Assembly: GCF_001194135.2 (NCBI RefSeq) | Contig: NC_068998.1 | Coordinates: 14,238,812-14,294,713 of the forward strand | Length of the DNA: 55,902 bases | Reading direction: 5' to 3' | Source: Octopus bimaculoides | Lineage: Eukaryota | In this document: in pieces, positions 53,726 through 55,902 of the stretch | Numbering within the stretch: position 1 is the first letter of the stretch | How the letters are laid out: the number at the start of each line of letters is the position of its first letter | Notes under the pieces: model-generated | The model's database searches: none | Seen by the model: only the letters and a program-made list of their open reading frames with translations | Told to the model about the DNA's origin: nothing | Position numbers and translations under genes: made by a program

Positions 53726-54032
53726 AAATTAGTACCGTCTATTGCTAGAAATAAGAGTCAAAACGACTCGAAATAGCTAGACAGAGTAATAACCTCATGA
53801 ACTGACGGAGCATCTTTCCATGGTGAGATAAACCCACAAAATGAAGTAAACAGACGTATCCTTATCACGTTATTTCGAATTCTGATAATTATAATTTCAG
53901 TTCTCATCAGAGGATCTCACTGGTATTCCGGGTTTAAAAGGGTAGGTTTCCGTCAATTCATGAAGTTAGTGCTCTGCTTGACTATTTCGAGTCATTTTGA
54001 CTCTCATTTCTAGCAACTGCCGATACTAATTT
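53726..54032. repeat. Inverted-repeat element flanking a hammerhead motif
   Basis: The reverse complement of about 53726-53810 (ccgtcagttcatgaggttattactctgtctagctatttcgagtcgttttgactcttatttctagcaa) matches about 53949-54032 (ccgtcaattcatgaagttagtgctctgcttgactatttcgagtcattttgactctcatttctagcaa). Confidence 0.85.
53858..53915 (-). ncRNA. Type I hammerhead ribozyme motif
   Basis: The minus strand reads ATCCT-CTGATGA-GAACTGAAATTATAATTATCAGAATTC-GAAA-T-AACGTG-ATA-AGGAT. The cores are intact, stem I is a perfect ATCCT/AGGAT, stem II is GAA/TTC plus CTGA/TCAG, and stem III is AT/AT with a near-palindromic loop. The AUA triplet predicts a cut between 53863 and 53862. Confidence 0.78.
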
Positions 54033-55592
54033 GTATATATATATATACATAGTTTTAAATATTTTCCTTATTTTCTATACATTGTGTTGGTTTGGTGGGT
54101 ATTGTCAAAATATGAAAGTGATTATATATATGTACATATATNNNNNNNNNNNNNNNNNNNNNNNNNNNNNNNNNNNNNNNNNNNNNNNNNNNNNNNNNNN
54201 NNNNNNNNNNNNNNNNNNNNNNNNNNNNNNNNNNNNNNNNNNNNNNNNNNNNNNNNNNNNNNNNNNNNNNNNNNNNNNNNNNNNNNNNNNNNNNNNNNNN
54301 NNNNNNNNNNNNNNNNNNNNNNNNNNNNNNNNNNNNNNNNNNNNNNNNNNNNNNNNNNNNNNNNNNNNNNNNNNNNNNNNNNNNNNNNNNNNNNNNNNNN
54401 NNNNNNNNNNNNNNNNNNNNNNNNNNNNNNNNNNNNNNNNNNNNNNNNNNNNNNNNNNNNNNNNNNNNNNNNNNNNNNNNNNNNNNNNNNNNNNNNNNNN
54501 TATATATATACATATATATAGTGATTATATAATATATATATATATATATATAGTGATTATATAATATATATATATATTATTGTATTGGTATTGGTGTTGA
54601 TATTGTTTAAGTCCAGGTCGACCTGTTATCAAAAGCAATCCATCAATGAACATCCTGGCTTGTATTTAATGCATCTTAGATTACAACACTCACGCGTAGT
54701 TCAATTTTAGACGATAGAGTGTAATTTTGAGGAAATTGAGTTGCTATTTTTCGCAAATCAAGAAATCAGACAGAAGCTTAACCTGAGCAATCGATCTGTG
54801 ATGAGCTTCAAATAAATTAGTTGTAGTTCTTAAACATGTGTAATGTATTTGCTTCCGTTTCTGATTTATAGATTATAAATGTCACTAGTTGTTCTGGAAT
54901 GGTAAATGGTTCGGTTCTTGCTGTTATTTTGTGTGTGTGTGTGTTTGTGTGTGTGTGCATGTGTGTGTGCGTGTGCATGCGGGGAGAGTGTGTATTGTAG
55001 TGTACTGTATAGGTACTGAATAGTTGAACGTAATAATACATAATAGAAATTGTCATTAAAGCAAATGCTTGTCGTTCTTATACATTGTAAATGTCAGTAG
55101 TTGTTTCGAATGGTAAACATTTTCTGTTTTTATACATTGCAAATATCAGCTTTTATTATTGATGGTGAACAATCGTATTTTGCTATGGAGAGTTTGGTAT
55201 GAATGGCAATTATTTGTTGTATGTATGGATTAGATACTGCTGTATATGTTTTTAGTGTTTGTTGTTGCTGTAGTTGTTTAGATTCTGATAACTCTGATCC
55301 AGTGGACATGCGACAAATTACATTGTAGTTGAGAACATTACATCTTCTAAACATTTTGAGAACAGCTCACTTGACATCTCCCTTGACTCTATGATACAAA
55401 CTTCCTGCTTAAATTGGTGTAAATTAAAAGCCTTTCATTAAATTTTCTTGTTAATTTGTTCCATACAGCAGTTAATAATTATAGTTATTTTACTAAATTC
55501 ATTATTTTCAAAAGTAATTGACAAAAAGGAAGAATTTATAACAGGTGTATAAGGGTTAAAAATATTTGATGTGACTTATTTGTTTCAATTGT

Positions 55593-55902
55593 GGAGGCGC
55601 AATGGCCCAGTGGTTAGGGCAGCGGACTCACGGTCATAGGATCGCGGTTTCGATTCCCAGACCGGGTGTTGTGAGTGTTTATTGAGCGAAAACACTTAAA
55701 CCTCTACGAGGCTCCGGCAGGGGATGGTGGCGAACCCTGCTGTACTCTTTCACCACAACTTTCTCTCACTCTTACTTCCTGTTTCTGTTGTGCCTGTAAT
55801 TCAAAGGGCCAGCCTTGTCACACTGTGTCACGCTGAATATCCCCGAGAACTACGTTAAGGATACACGTGTCTGTGGAATGCTCAGCCACTTGCACGTTAA
55901 TT
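55593..55902 (+). mobile_element. Long tRNA-derived SINE, family C (runs off the window end)
   Basis: It has an A box TGGCCCAGTGG (55603-55613) and a B box GGTTTCGATTCC (about 55646-55657). There is no intact tRNA 3' acceptor stem. A diverged copy lies at about 39715-39895 on the minus strand. Confidence 0.85.

Noticed and set aside
55593-55665. tRNA gene
   Set aside because: A and B boxes are present, but there is no matching 3' acceptor stem or poly-T terminator. It continues into a repeat body with a second copy at 39.7 kb, so it is a SINE head.

Overview
AT-rich, microsatellite-saturated animal genomic DNA with many N gaps, most likely from an octopus. This is inferred from its tRNA-derived SINE families, which resemble the octopus OK/OR types. 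No long protein-coding ORF is present, and almost all tracked ORFs are microsatellite or gap translations. Supportable content: dozens of SINE copies from about four families, a decayed DD41D (rosa/Visitor-type) Tc1/mariner transposase nested in a SINE, two R4/Dong-clade LINE fragments in microsatellites, an APE-type LINE remnant, hAT and mariner MITEs, and a few weak candidate exons. One of these resembles a Venus-flytrap (ANF-receptor) domain motif. The most notable hidden signal is two structurally complete type I hammerhead ribozymes (46381-46469 and 53858-53915, both minus strand). Each lies at the centre of an inverted-repeat element, and several decayed elements share the layout. This is consistent with Penelope-like or retrozyme-derived fold-back elements. 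All calls come from reading the sequence by eye; no searches or folding programs were run.
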